Source: an uncultured archaeon (GTDB taxonomy: Archaea > Asgardarchaeota > Lokiarchaeia > Sigyniarchaeales > Promethearchaeaceae). Taken from it: a stretch of 32,000 nucleotides of DNA. The stretch spans positions 1 to 32,000 of the forward strand of contig CAYRPF010000022.1 of the NCBI GenBank assembly GCA_964426185.1, read 5' to 3'. A program made the translations under genes and the position numbers. Of the stretch, positions 1-8,105 are shown in pieces (position 1 is the stretch's first letter; every line of letters starts with the position of its first letter). The notes under the pieces were generated by a model. That model was not told where the DNA came from. It searched no databases and saw only the letters and a program-made list of their open reading frames with translations.

Positions 1-61
1 GCTTGAAATTCCTTCGGGGAGGGGGATAAAAATAGAACGAAACGATAAATTTAAAATTTTT

Positions 62-1036
62 TTAATTTTTTCGCAAAATACAGCAGAAGAAGGCGTCAGT
101 ATTGTGCAAATGGGGTGTTAATCTCCGAGTTTTAAGCATATCGTAACCAAATTCAAGATTTTCAACTTCTGAAAAACCAGGCACTCCAATATTTTCTTGG
201 GGTTCAATGATCTCAACATTTTTAACATCTTTTACAACTTCAGCAATTAACATCTCATTTTCTTGATAGTGAAAAGAGCAAGTAGAATAAACTAAGGTTC
301 CCCCTTTAGTGAGCAATTTTAAACCCGCTTTTAATAATTGTTTTTGTTGTTGGCGTAAACGTTGAATTTTAGAATCATTTTTCACCCGCTTGACAGAAGG
401 GTCTTGTCTGATAATACCACTCCCAGTACATGGAGCATCAAGAAGAATTTTGTTGGGGCGGAATTTTCCCAATTGTTGAATGTAAAGTTTAGTTGCATCA
501 TAAGCAAAAACAATAGCATTTCTAACATCCATACGTCGGAGATTTGAAATTAAAGAGCTTAATCGTGAATGTTTTATATCGACTGCAACGATTTGGCCTT
601 GATTTTGCATATATTGCGCAATTTGAGTTGTCTTACTTCCAGGTGCGGCACACATGTCCAAAACTTGATCTCCGGGTTTGGGATATAATAAATGCACTGG
701 AATCATGGATCCCAAACTCTGAATATAATATAATCCTTTAAGATATTCATGCGTTGCCCCAAGTGTGTGTCGAGATTGACTTGAATCCACATGGAATGCA
801 TAATCTAGCCAATCTACGGGAGTTAGTTTAAAACCTTTCGCTTCTAAACGTGCTTTTAACTCTTTAGGTGTGATTTTAAGTGTATTGATTCTAATTGTTT
901 CAGGTGCCGGCTGAGCAAACGCTTTCAACACCGTCACATAATCTTGTGGAAAATTTTTCATAATTTGCTTAACCATAAATGGAGAATATTCGAATCTTTC
1001 TGCAAGTGCGAGGATTTTATCAAGATCTTCAACCAT
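62..1036 (-). CDS. RsmB/NOP2 (NOL1/Nop2/Sun) RNA m5C methyltransferase
   Basis: Motifs IRINTLK, YYIQSLGSMIP, LDMCAAPGSKT, LLDAPCTGSG and YSTCS (both catalytic Cys). ATG at 1036 preferred over TTG at 1048. Directly downstream of the Nip7-like gene. Confidence 0.95.
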   Translation of the reverse strand: MVEDLDKILALAERFEYSPFMVKQIMKNFPQDYVTVLKAFAQPAPETIRINTLKITPKELKARLEAKGFKLTPVDWLDYAFHVDSSQSRHTLGATHEYLKGLYYIQSLGSMIPVHLLYPKPGDQVLDMCAAPGSKTTQIAQYMQNQGQIVAVDIKHSRLSSLISNLRRMDVRNAIVFAYDATKLYIQQLGKFRPNKILLDAPCTGSGIIRQDPSVKRVKNDSKIQRLRQQQKQLLKAGLKLLTKGGTLVYSTCSFHYQENEMLIAEVVKDVKNVEIIEPQENIGVPGFSEVENLEFGYDMLKTRRLTPHLHNTDAFFCCILRKN

Positions 1037-1044
1037 AATTATTA

Positions 1045-2328
1045 TCAACTCCCTTTTCGGAGATATTTGCCTCCATCGCTTAAATTTAATAAACTCAATT
1101 TGAAGTGAGGGGATCGACTATAGATATCGGTAGTTTTTATGCCTAAAACGGGCTTTTCAGTCCCTGCTTGTTTCACCATCAATAATGCCAAGCCTATATA
1201 TTCTCCATGCTGATCTAAAACAAATGTAATTTTCTTCTTAACTAAATGTTCCGTTTCAGAAATAACCTCGTCCATTTCAATGTTTCGACCATAAAAAAAG
1301 GCTTTTTCACCTTCTTCGTCCAAAGAAACTGATTGTAAATCCTTTTTAATTTCAGGAAAATGCGAATTCACATAATCCCATAAGAAGCGACCTCCTTCAA
1401 ATGAAAGAAAGAACTGCCTTTCAAAATGTGTTCGCGTTTGCTGACGTTTCATAAATCCCAAATAAATGCCCGCTGACATTATAGGGTAATTTTTGTTGAG
1501 CTGCTTGATCATTGGACTGATTTCACTCGGAACTAAAAATATTTCATATCTATTTCCTTCTGCTTGATAGAGAACAAATTGTCCTGAACGCGCTAAAGTA
1601 TCATACAGTGTGGGAGATATGGTTTCAAAGTATTTATGAACGATTTGAACGTTAGTTGTATTGAGAGTGGTAAATTTTGGCTCACGAATACCTTTCGCCT
1701 TCTTATTTACTGATTTCTTTTTCACTTTAGAATTATGAACAGATCCTGGTTGAAACCGTGGAGATTTTGAATAATAAGATTTATGAAAAATTGGAGTAAT
1801 TTCATCGTTGGTCTTTTTTATGATTTTTGGCAGACCTTTGACTCGTTTGGGCGATAATTTAACCTTTCTTTTTGTTTGAATATCAGAAGTTTCTTGAGGT
1901 TTATGGATTGATTGAGATCGGGAAGATGTTCGATCTGGCCGGGAAGTTCTTGAATATGTTTTGGAAGATGAGAGATGTTTATGAGCTGTTTGAGATCGAG
2001 AAGAAGTTCGATTTGGCTGAGAAGTTTTAGAATAAGATTTGGAAGATGAATGAGGGTTGTGGGATGTTTGAGATCGGGAAGATGTTCGATCTGGCGGGGA
2101 ATTTCTTGAATATGATTTGGAAGATGAATGCGGTCTATGAGATGTAGTAGAATGAGATTTTGAAAATGTATGATGTTTGTTAAATGGCTTTTTTGAATTT
2201 CTGGATGTTTTTATAGGATCTGAATCTCTCTTTTTCCGCGAAAAATTTCTATGTTCTTTTGAAGATTTTCTCTCAGAAGAAGCTTTCTGATTCTTTCGAG
2301 TTTCATTCGCGGTTTTTCCATTTCCCAT
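1045..2328 (-). CDS. Nip7/UPF0113-like ribosome biogenesis protein (C-terminal PUA domain) with a ~230-aa basic Ser/Arg-rich N-terminal extension
   Basis: The C-terminal half has SAGIYLG, FFLSFEG, GEKAFFYGRNI, DQHGEYIGLA and a terminal DGGKYLRKG, typical of Nip7. Adjacent to a Nop2 homologue. ATG 2328 chosen over TTG 2337. Confidence 0.8.
   Translation of the reverse strand: MGNGKTANETRKNQKASSERKSSKEHRNFSRKKRDSDPIKTSRNSKKPFNKHHTFSKSHSTTSHRPHSSSKSYSRNSPPDRTSSRSQTSHNPHSSSKSYSKTSQPNRTSSRSQTAHKHLSSSKTYSRTSRPDRTSSRSQSIHKPQETSDIQTKRKVKLSPKRVKGLPKIIKKTNDEITPIFHKSYYSKSPRFQPGSVHNSKVKKKSVNKKAKGIREPKFTTLNTTNVQIVHKYFETISPTLYDTLARSGQFVLYQAEGNRYEIFLVPSEISPMIKQLNKNYPIMSAGIYLGFMKRQQTRTHFERQFFLSFEGGRFLWDYVNSHFPEIKKDLQSVSLDEEGEKAFFYGRNIEMDEVISETEHLVKKKITFVLDQHGEYIGLALLMVKQAGTEKPVLGIKTTDIYSRSPHFKLSLLNLSDGGKYLRKGS
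1897..2130 (-). repeat. Three tandem imperfect 78-bp (26-aa) coding repeats inside the Nip7 N-terminal tail
   Basis: tgagatcg recurs at 1913, 1991 and 2069. Units: HSSSKSYSRNSPPDRTSSRSQTSHNP / HSSSKSYSKTSQPNRTSSRSQTAHKH / LSSSKTYSRTSRPDRTSSRSQSIHKP. Confidence 0.95.
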
Positions 2329-2436
2329 CTGTATCAAGATAGAAAGTAATGGCTTGCCAATTAACTTTTCGATTAGAATTTCCCCACCGAGATTTTATAG
2401 AAATCCTTATTGAGGTGTATTTTCTTTTTAAGATCT

Positions 2437-2898
2437 ATGAAAATTTATTTGGTTCAACACGGAATCGCTTATACTAAAGCGCAACATCCAGATCGACCAT
2501 TAACCAAGGATGGTATTTCAATTCTGCACAAAGTTGGTGGTTATTGCCAGAAACACTTTGATTTTTCTCTATTTGCCATTTTCCACAGCAGCAAATTACG
2601 TGCTCAGCAAACCGCAGAGATCTACGCCAACTATTTTACTCCCAAAGAAGGAGTTAAACCAGTAAAAGGACTCGATCCTCTGGATGATCCATCAATTTGG
2701 GCAAAAAACTTAACTCAACATCAAGAAAATATTATGCTCGTAGGGCATCTCCCGCATCTGGAGAAATTAGCGGGGCAATTGTTGAATGATTCAAATGAAA
2801 CAGTTTCCTTTCACAATGGAGGAATTGTCTGTTTGGAGAAATACCCAGATAACCGATGGGTGGTTGATTTTGAAATTCATCCAACAGATGCCAATTAA
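2437..2898 (+). CDS. sixA: Phosphohistidine phosphatase SixA
   Basis: MKIYLVQHG..., DRPLT, HSSKLRAQQTA and MLVGHLPHL. ATG at 2437. Confidence 0.88.
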   Translation: MKIYLVQHGIAYTKAQHPDRPLTKDGISILHKVGGYCQKHFDFSLFAIFHSSKLRAQQTAEIYANYFTPKEGVKPVKGLDPLDDPSIWAKNLTQHQENIMLVGHLPHLEKLAGQLLNDSNETVSFHNGGIVCLEKYPDNRWVVDFEIHPTDAN

Positions 2899-2963
2899 AT
2901 AATATAGGATAGGTGGTTTAGGATATAAGATAAAAGATATAAGAAAAAGAAAAAAGAAGAAAA

Positions 2964-4175
2964 TTAATCTTCATCCAGAGGATAAATTGTTAGACCAGAA
3001 AGCAACTTGGGTTCAAACCAAGTACTTTTCGGAGGCATGACACCACCAGCACCCCCAATTATTTCGATATCATGGATATCTACTGGAAAAAGGTTAAAGA
3101 ACACATCGTTGCCTTGTTTTTCTATGAACTCGCTCTGCATTAACTCCGGATTCTTATAATACTTTACTTCTCCCACAAAGAAGATATTTTTATCTTTGCG
3201 GATATCTTTAATTCCTAATATCTGTTCCAATACCCTATCTTGCAAAATGGCTACGTCCAAGGCGTCGCGGGGATTGCTGAAATTTTGATCTTTGACGGTG
3301 GCCTTCAACCATTGTCCCTTAACACAAATCGCTATTACATGTTTTTCTGTGGGATTAAAGGCTTTATCTGCTGGTTCAATTTCAAATACTTCTTCTAATT
3401 TCCGAATAAATTCTTCTTTTGGCATGGGTAACTTTCGAATAACTCGATTATAGGGTAGAATCCAGATTTGGTCATCAGAAGATACATAGGTCATAAGATA
3501 TTGCCAAGCATGTTCGCTGTTTGGATCGGCTCCATTTGCGATTTGCATTTTGCGATATTCCGCTGCACTGGCGGCTCTATGATGTCCATCCGCAATAAAA
3601 ATTTTACGTGTGGCAAATAATTCTTTTAGTTTATCAATTTTGGAAGGATCTGTTATTTGCCAGAGCAATTGGCGGTAACCTTTCATTTGAAAATCGAATT
3701 TTGGCTCCACATGTTTCATTTCTTCTATCAGTGCTTTAATTTCTGCATCTGCTTGAAATACATTCCAAACTAATCCTGTTGCAGCTTTAATTGTGGCAAT
3801 ATGCTTGGTGCGATCTTTCAAAGGTTTTTCCCGAGTATGCTCGTGCTTTACAATATTGCCATCTTCGTAATCTTGCAGTGAAACACCCAGTATTAAACCT
3901 TGCTGGCTGAATTCATGGGATTCTTGTCGGTAAAGGAAAATTGAGGGCTGATTGGATTTTTTAATCAATTGCTCTGATTTAAAGCGTTCATAGGCTTTTT
4001 TGGCATTTTGGTAAACTTCATCCCCTTCACCATTGGGTAGAATTAGATGGATTAATGAGCGGGGGTTTTTTTTAAGCTCGAGTTCCTCTTCTTTCTCGAT
4101 GATGTCATAGGGATTGGTGCAGAATTCTTCCGGATAAGTGGGTAAATAAGGGGAAATTGGTGTTATCTTGACCAT
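2964..4175 (-). CDS. DUF1015 family protein (ParB/Srx-like fold)
   Basis: NPYDII, HEHT, IADGHHRAASA, ILPYNRV and MPPKSTWFEPKLLSGL. Confidence 0.92.
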   Translation of the reverse strand: MVKITPISPYLPTYPEEFCTNPYDIIEKEEELELKKNPRSLIHLILPNGEGDEVYQNAKKAYERFKSEQLIKKSNQPSIFLYRQESHEFSQQGLILGVSLQDYEDGNIVKHEHTREKPLKDRTKHIATIKAATGLVWNVFQADAEIKALIEEMKHVEPKFDFQMKGYRQLLWQITDPSKIDKLKELFATRKIFIADGHHRAASAAEYRKMQIANGADPNSEHAWQYLMTYVSSDDQIWILPYNRVIRKLPMPKEEFIRKLEEVFEIEPADKAFNPTEKHVIAICVKGQWLKATVKDQNFSNPRDALDVAILQDRVLEQILGIKDIRKDKNIFFVGEVKYYKNPELMQSEFIEKQGNDVFFNLFPVDIHDIEIIGGAGGVMPPKSTWFEPKLLSGLTIYPLDED

Positions 4176-4232
4176 AGTACTTGTAATGAATGTTTAAATA
4201 TATAAAAGTGTTGTCAAGATGTTAGTAAAAAA

Positions 4233-4308
4233 TGGTAGCTCCTACCAGATTCGAACTGGTGTCAAGAGGGTCAGAGCCTCCCATGCTTGGCCACTACACT
4301 AAGGAGCT
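4233..4308 (-). tRNA. tRNA-Gln(CTG), intronless, CCA encoded
   Basis: Reverse complement is AGCTCCTTAGTGTAGTGGCCAAGCATGGGAGGCTCTGACCCTCTTGACACCAGTTCGAATCTGGTAGGAGCTACCA. It has a 7-bp acceptor stem with A1:U72 (typical of archaeal Gln), anticodon loop CT-CTG-AC and a GTTCGAATC T arm. Confidence 0.97.
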
Positions 4309-4328
4309 TAAAATTTTTGGAATTTTTG

Positions 4329-4336
4329 TTTTATAT
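4329..4336 (-). promoter_or_regulatory. Candidate TATA box for tRNA-Gln
   Basis: ATATAAAA on the minus strand, ~25 nt upstream of the tRNA 5' end. Confidence 0.4.
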
Positions 4337-4521
4337 GAGAACTAGAAATTATTATTAAAATTAAAATTTTCTACTCTAGTAATACCCCGATTTCGGAGCA
4401 TTTGAAAGACTATTCCACAGCTAATTTTAAAATGATCAAACTTGATCAAGAAAAAATAATCATTTCAGTTAAATACTCGAAAATTTGAAATTGGTCATCG
4501 TATTCTTCGTTAATATTCAAG

Positions 4522-5208
4522 ATGTTGGAAGTAGAAGTTAAAATAAAGATTCGCGGGGAAGATGAAGTTCGGCGCAAGTTGAAAGAGTTAGGTGCAAAAC
4601 CGTCAGTTCATCTTCATCATATTGACAAGTACTTTGATAGTCTGCATCCTAATAGAAGTTTCGCCCTTTCCGATGAGGCACTTCGATTGCGGATCTCAGA
4701 AGAATTTCCCATCGCTCAAAGAAATGCAGAAATGGGTTCAACCCCCCAAAATCATTATGCAAATATCGCTTCAGAAGCCATTAAAAGGATTGATTTGACC
4801 TATAAAGGGCCCAAAGAGTCGGGAGTGGTAAAAAGCAGGAAAGAAATTATCTGCAACTTGGATAATTCTGAGGCGATGGAGAAGATTCTTACTTCAATTG
4901 GTTTTTTTTTGCGTTGCATCATTGACAAGCATCGCGATGTTTTTAAAATCCAATATTCCAGTAGTATCGAGGTGCCTATTGAAGTGCTTGTTGATCACGT
5001 GGAAGGATTATCTGGTGCCTATTTAGAGGCCGAAATAATGGTTCCAAGCACTATGGAAGAAATAGATAAAACAAACAATGCAGTTATGGATAAAGATCGT
5101 GCCACCGAAATTCTACTGGATTTTATAGGTAAGCTGGGTTATTCAGCTTCCGATTCGATCACAAAATCCTATTTAGAAATGGTGTTAGAGAAAGAGTTAA
5201 ATCATTGA
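4522..5208 (+). CDS. cyaB: CYTH-domain protein (class IV adenylate cyclase CyaB-like / triphosphatase)
   Basis: EVEVK (ExExK), DKYFD, DEALRLR, LTYKGPK, KSRKE, KHR and VDHVEGL..YLEAE. Confidence 0.88.
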   Translation: MLEVEVKIKIRGEDEVRRKLKELGAKPSVHLHHIDKYFDSLHPNRSFALSDEALRLRISEEFPIAQRNAEMGSTPQNHYANIASEAIKRIDLTYKGPKESGVVKSRKEIICNLDNSEAMEKILTSIGFFLRCIIDKHRDVFKIQYSSSIEVPIEVLVDHVEGLSGAYLEAEIMVPSTMEEIDKTNNAVMDKDRATEILLDFIGKLGYSASDSITKSYLEMVLEKELNH

Positions 5209-5277
5209 AATAACCCTTAAAATAACATAAAAAATAACCATGAAAATATTGAATTTGTTAAAAGAAGTGTATGAAGA

Positions 5278-6000
5278 ATGGAAAAAACTGAAAATTTAGA
5301 AGAAACAATATATAAGAAACTCGAAAAGCTTAGTGAACCTGAAAAAAAAGTAAAGCTACCGCAATTCTTTCAAGCGTTTCCAGAAGGTTATGGTGAAGGG
5401 GATAAATTTATCGGTGTTAGGGTTCCAAACGTACGAAAAATTGCCAAACAATATCAAAACATTGAATTGAATGATTTAATTCCACTAATAACAAACGAAT
5501 TTCATGAGATCCGGCAGTGTGCTTTCATGATTCTCGTTAATAAAATGCAAAAGGCAAAAAAAGAAACCCAGCAAGAAGAAATTGTTCAATTTTATCAAAA
5601 ATACATAGAATACTGCAATAATTGGGATTTGGTTGATGGTACAGCTCCGAATATTCTCGGGGTTTATTTAATAAATAAAAATAAGGATATTCTCTATAAA
5701 TATGCTTGTAGTGGAGATTTATGGCTCCAAAGAATTGCGGTTCTCAGCACTTATTATTTTATCAAGGAGCGTAAATTTGATGATACATTGCAACTGGCGG
5801 AAATTTTGTTAGATAATCCCCACGATCTCATTCATAAAGCCGTGGGATGGATGCTGAGGGAGATAGGAAACCGACATCGACCTACTGAAGAAGCATTTCT
5901 GCTGCAAAATTATAAAAAAATGCCAAGAACCATGCTCCGATATTCAATTGAGAAATTTCCCCAAGAATTACGTCAACGCTATCTAAAAGGGCTTATTTAA
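5278..6000 (+). CDS. alkD: DNA alkylation repair protein (AlkD family glycosylase)
   Basis: GYGEGDKFIGVRVP, NNWDLVD, LWLQRIAVLST, DLIHKAVGWMLREIG and MPRTMLRYSIEKF. Confidence 0.93.
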   Translation: MEKTENLEETIYKKLEKLSEPEKKVKLPQFFQAFPEGYGEGDKFIGVRVPNVRKIAKQYQNIELNDLIPLITNEFHEIRQCAFMILVNKMQKAKKETQQEEIVQFYQKYIEYCNNWDLVDGTAPNILGVYLINKNKDILYKYACSGDLWLQRIAVLSTYYFIKERKFDDTLQLAEILLDNPHDLIHKAVGWMLREIGNRHRPTEEAFLLQNYKKMPRTMLRYSIEKFPQELRQRYLKGLI

Positions 6001-6014
6001 CCGTTGTTCTTCTT

Positions 6015-6493
6015 CTATTTGACCATTTTATTTTCTGTATTTGACCAAAGTTCTTCTTCCATTTGGTCTTTAAACTGCATAATCCTTAAGGTTAAAGGTT
6101 GTGCCAATTGACGGGAAACTGCGAGAGTTTATCAGCATCGGAAAGGATTTGAGCTTCAAGATTGTCAGCTGATTCCCCTAAAGAGAAGGAATGGGCGCGG
6201 ATAATATGGGTTAAAGCCGCGATTGGCTCAGGGTCTATATGTTTAGCTTTAAGAAACTTGGTTACAAGAGCAGCAGAAATGACTGCATGATTTTCAGAAT
6301 GATTTTTTTCCGAAATGAGGGGATTTCGGCCTATATCATGTAAATACACCGCAATCTCTAACAAATTCTTGTTGATCTTATTTTTATCTTCCAACCTTGC
6401 GGCAATTTGTTTACATTTTTTTAAAACTCTTTCAATATGCCCCCATCCGTGTAAATCATCTTGTAAATCGTAAAACTTTCGAGCAAAAGCTCG
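6015..6493 (-). pseudogene. Degenerate second copy of the HD-domain hydrolase (5' end deleted, internal frameshifting deletion)
   Basis: Reads RAFARKFYDLQDDLHGWGHIERV...AVYLHDIGRNP...IIRAHSFSLGE..LEAQILSDADKL. It then jumps frame to AVSRQLAQPLTLRIMQFKDQMEEEL, which matches PAAREIASLLIDRIRQFKKQLELEL of 6625-7287. About 40 codons are missing and there is no native start. Confidence 0.9.
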
Positions 6494-6559
6494 GTAGAAA
6501 ATTTTTACAAATGGCTGGCACGGTCAAATACTAGAGTTGGGACTAATAATGCTCAGCAA
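6491..6559 (+). pseudogene. 5' fragment of a second copy of the ESCRT-III-like gene
   Basis: Translates to SVENFYKWLARSNTRVGTNNAQQ, versus SVENFYKWLARSNTRLGTNNAQQ at 7358-7426 (22/23 aa identical). Confidence 0.92.
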
Positions 6560-6642
6560 AAATGCCTTGAACTATGTTAAGATATGCTATCGAGAAATTC
6601 CCTCCAGAAATACGACAGCAATACCTAAAGGGTCTGATTTAG
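6559..6642 (+). pseudogene. 3' fragment of a second alkD copy with an in-frame TGA
   Basis: KMP*TMLRYAIEKFPPEIRQQYLKGLI* versus KMPRTMLRYSIEKFPQELRQRYLKGLI* at 5917-6000. Confidence 0.92.
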
Positions 6643-7287
6643 TTGAAGTTCTAGTTCTAATTGTTTTTTAAACTGCCTTATTCTATCTATCAATAGGCTG
6701 GCAATTTCACGTGCGGCCGGCAGATAAAGTTTCTCATCAAGGTTTAAAAGTTTTTTATCGCAATGGGAAATAACTGCTGCAATATTGCCTCCATGTTTCA
6801 TTTGAAAAGCACAAACTCGAAAAATTCCCACAGCGCCCAGTGCATCTATTTTATCTGCATCAGAGAGAATTTGAGCTTCTAGAGTATTGGCTTGTTCTCC
6901 CAGGGAAAATGAATGGGCGCGGATGATATGGATTATAGCAGAAATAACATCTTCCGAAATTTTTTTAGTAGCAAGAAATTCGGATGCCAGAATAGCAGAA
7001 ATGGCAGCATGATTGGTTGAAGCATAATGTGCAGATTTTGGGGGATTTCGACCAATGTCATGCAAATAAACTGCGGCTTCTAAAATATTTTTATTAACCT
7101 TTTCTGAGATTGGTAAAAGGGATAAAATTTGCTGACATCGGCGCTGTACTCTTTGAATATGTCCCCATCCATGGAGATCATCCCATAAATCGTAAAATTT
7201 TTGAGCAAAATTCCGAATATCTGCTAAAACCTCGATTGAAAGATAAAGGGGGGTAAGATTGCGAAAAATATGAGAAGTATCGGGCAT
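6625..7287 (-). CDS. HD-domain metal-dependent phosphohydrolase
   Basis: HGWGHIQRV, YLHDIGR, NHAAISA, IRAHSF and LEAQILSDADKIDALGAVGIFR. Confidence 0.92.
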   Translation of the reverse strand: MPDTSHIFRNLTPLYLSIEVLADIRNFAQKFYDLWDDLHGWGHIQRVQRRCQQILSLLPISEKVNKNILEAAVYLHDIGRNPPKSAHYASTNHAAISAILASEFLATKKISEDVISAIIHIIRAHSFSLGEQANTLEAQILSDADKIDALGAVGIFRVCAFQMKHGGNIAAVISHCDKKLLNLDEKLYLPAAREIASLLIDRIRQFKKQLELELQLNQTL

Positions 7288-7351
7288 CGATGGATTGATA
7301 ATTTTGCGAAAAAAATAAAGGCATTTGTCAATAAGGTAATAGCAGAGAAAA

Positions 7352-8068
7352 ATGGGCTCAGTGGAAAATTTTTACAAGTGGTTAGCACGTTCAAATACCC
7401 GTCTTGGGACAAATAATGCCCAACAAACCATAATGGCGCTTAAGATTTTCAACCGGCAGTTAGAGGGGCAGTATAAACGCATGGAAATTCAAAGAAAGCA
7501 CGCCTATCAAAAAGCTCAAAAGCGTTATTCCGATGGAGACAAACATGCAGCTTTCAAACTTATGCGGAGTGCTCTGTTATATCGAAAATGGGCAGATAAA
7601 CTGGATGAATTTCGCACCGATTTGGATGATGTGCAATTTCAACTTTCTACCGCCCATGACATGAACAATTATGATGAAGTTGGCTATGATATGTTGAAAA
7701 CTCTCTGCGAACTCCGTTTAACCCTTGGAAATCCTCAAATTCAAAAAATGTTAAATGAATTAGATGTTGGATACGGTTCATTGCATAATGTTTATCAAGA
7801 TTTCATTAAATCTGAGGAATTGACGGAGAAATTACGTCCGTTAGAGGTAAGGGAGCGAGAGATTCGACAAGAATTTGGAGAAGTAAGTAAAACCAAGAAA
7901 ACGAAGGAAAATGATGAATCATCGATGGATAAATTGTTGCTGGATGAATTACCTGATACACCTGATGGAGCTGCTTCAAGTCGACAATCAAGTGGGAAGA
8001 ATTCCGATGATGAATTGTTTGATTTAGAAAAAGAGTTGGCACGATTGCGCAAAAAGCGCCAAGGTTAA
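7352..8068 (+). CDS. ESCRT-III/Snf7-superfamily protein, Vps2/24/46 (CHMP1-3)-like, divergent
   Basis: 238 aa and all-helical. It has an N-terminal amphipathic helix (VENFYKWLAR), a basic helical hairpin with a GDKHAA turn, an acidic C-terminal half, LPDTP (MIM2-like) and a terminal DELFDLEKELARLRKK (MIM1-like). Confidence 0.75.
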   Translation: MGSVENFYKWLARSNTRLGTNNAQQTIMALKIFNRQLEGQYKRMEIQRKHAYQKAQKRYSDGDKHAAFKLMRSALLYRKWADKLDEFRTDLDDVQFQLSTAHDMNNYDEVGYDMLKTLCELRLTLGNPQIQKMLNELDVGYGSLHNVYQDFIKSEELTEKLRPLEVREREIRQEFGEVSKTKKTKENDESSMDKLLLDELPDTPDGAASSRQSSGKNSDDELFDLEKELARLRKKRQG

Positions 8069-8105
8069 GGAATATTCAATGAAATCTTGAGGAACGAATC
8101 ACATT

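Noticed and set aside
1897-2130. 78-bp periodic repeat as a CRISPR array
   Set aside because: The whole unit is repeated in frame within a CDS, with no unique spacers and no cas genes.
2437-2463. QHG instead of RHG as inactivation of SixA
   Set aside because: QHG is a common variant in SixA-type proteins, and the catalytic His and other motifs are intact.
4233-4308. tRNA-Gln as the attachment site of an integrated element
   Set aside because: No duplicate of the tRNA 3' end and no integrase were seen in the window.
6092-6394. 100-aa ORF as a real small HD protein
   Set aside because: It is the middle of a broken copy. Homology continues upstream of the TTG, and the C-terminus is frameshifted.
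6568-6570. In-frame TGA in alkD' as selenocysteine
   Set aside because: It aligns to Arg (probably CGA>TGA) in a start-less fragment, so it is a nonsense mutation.
5917-7426. Template/variable repeat pair of a diversity-generating retroelement
   Set aside because: Differences are mostly at synonymous positions of all base types rather than adenine-specific, three different genes are involved, and there is no reverse transcriptase in the window.
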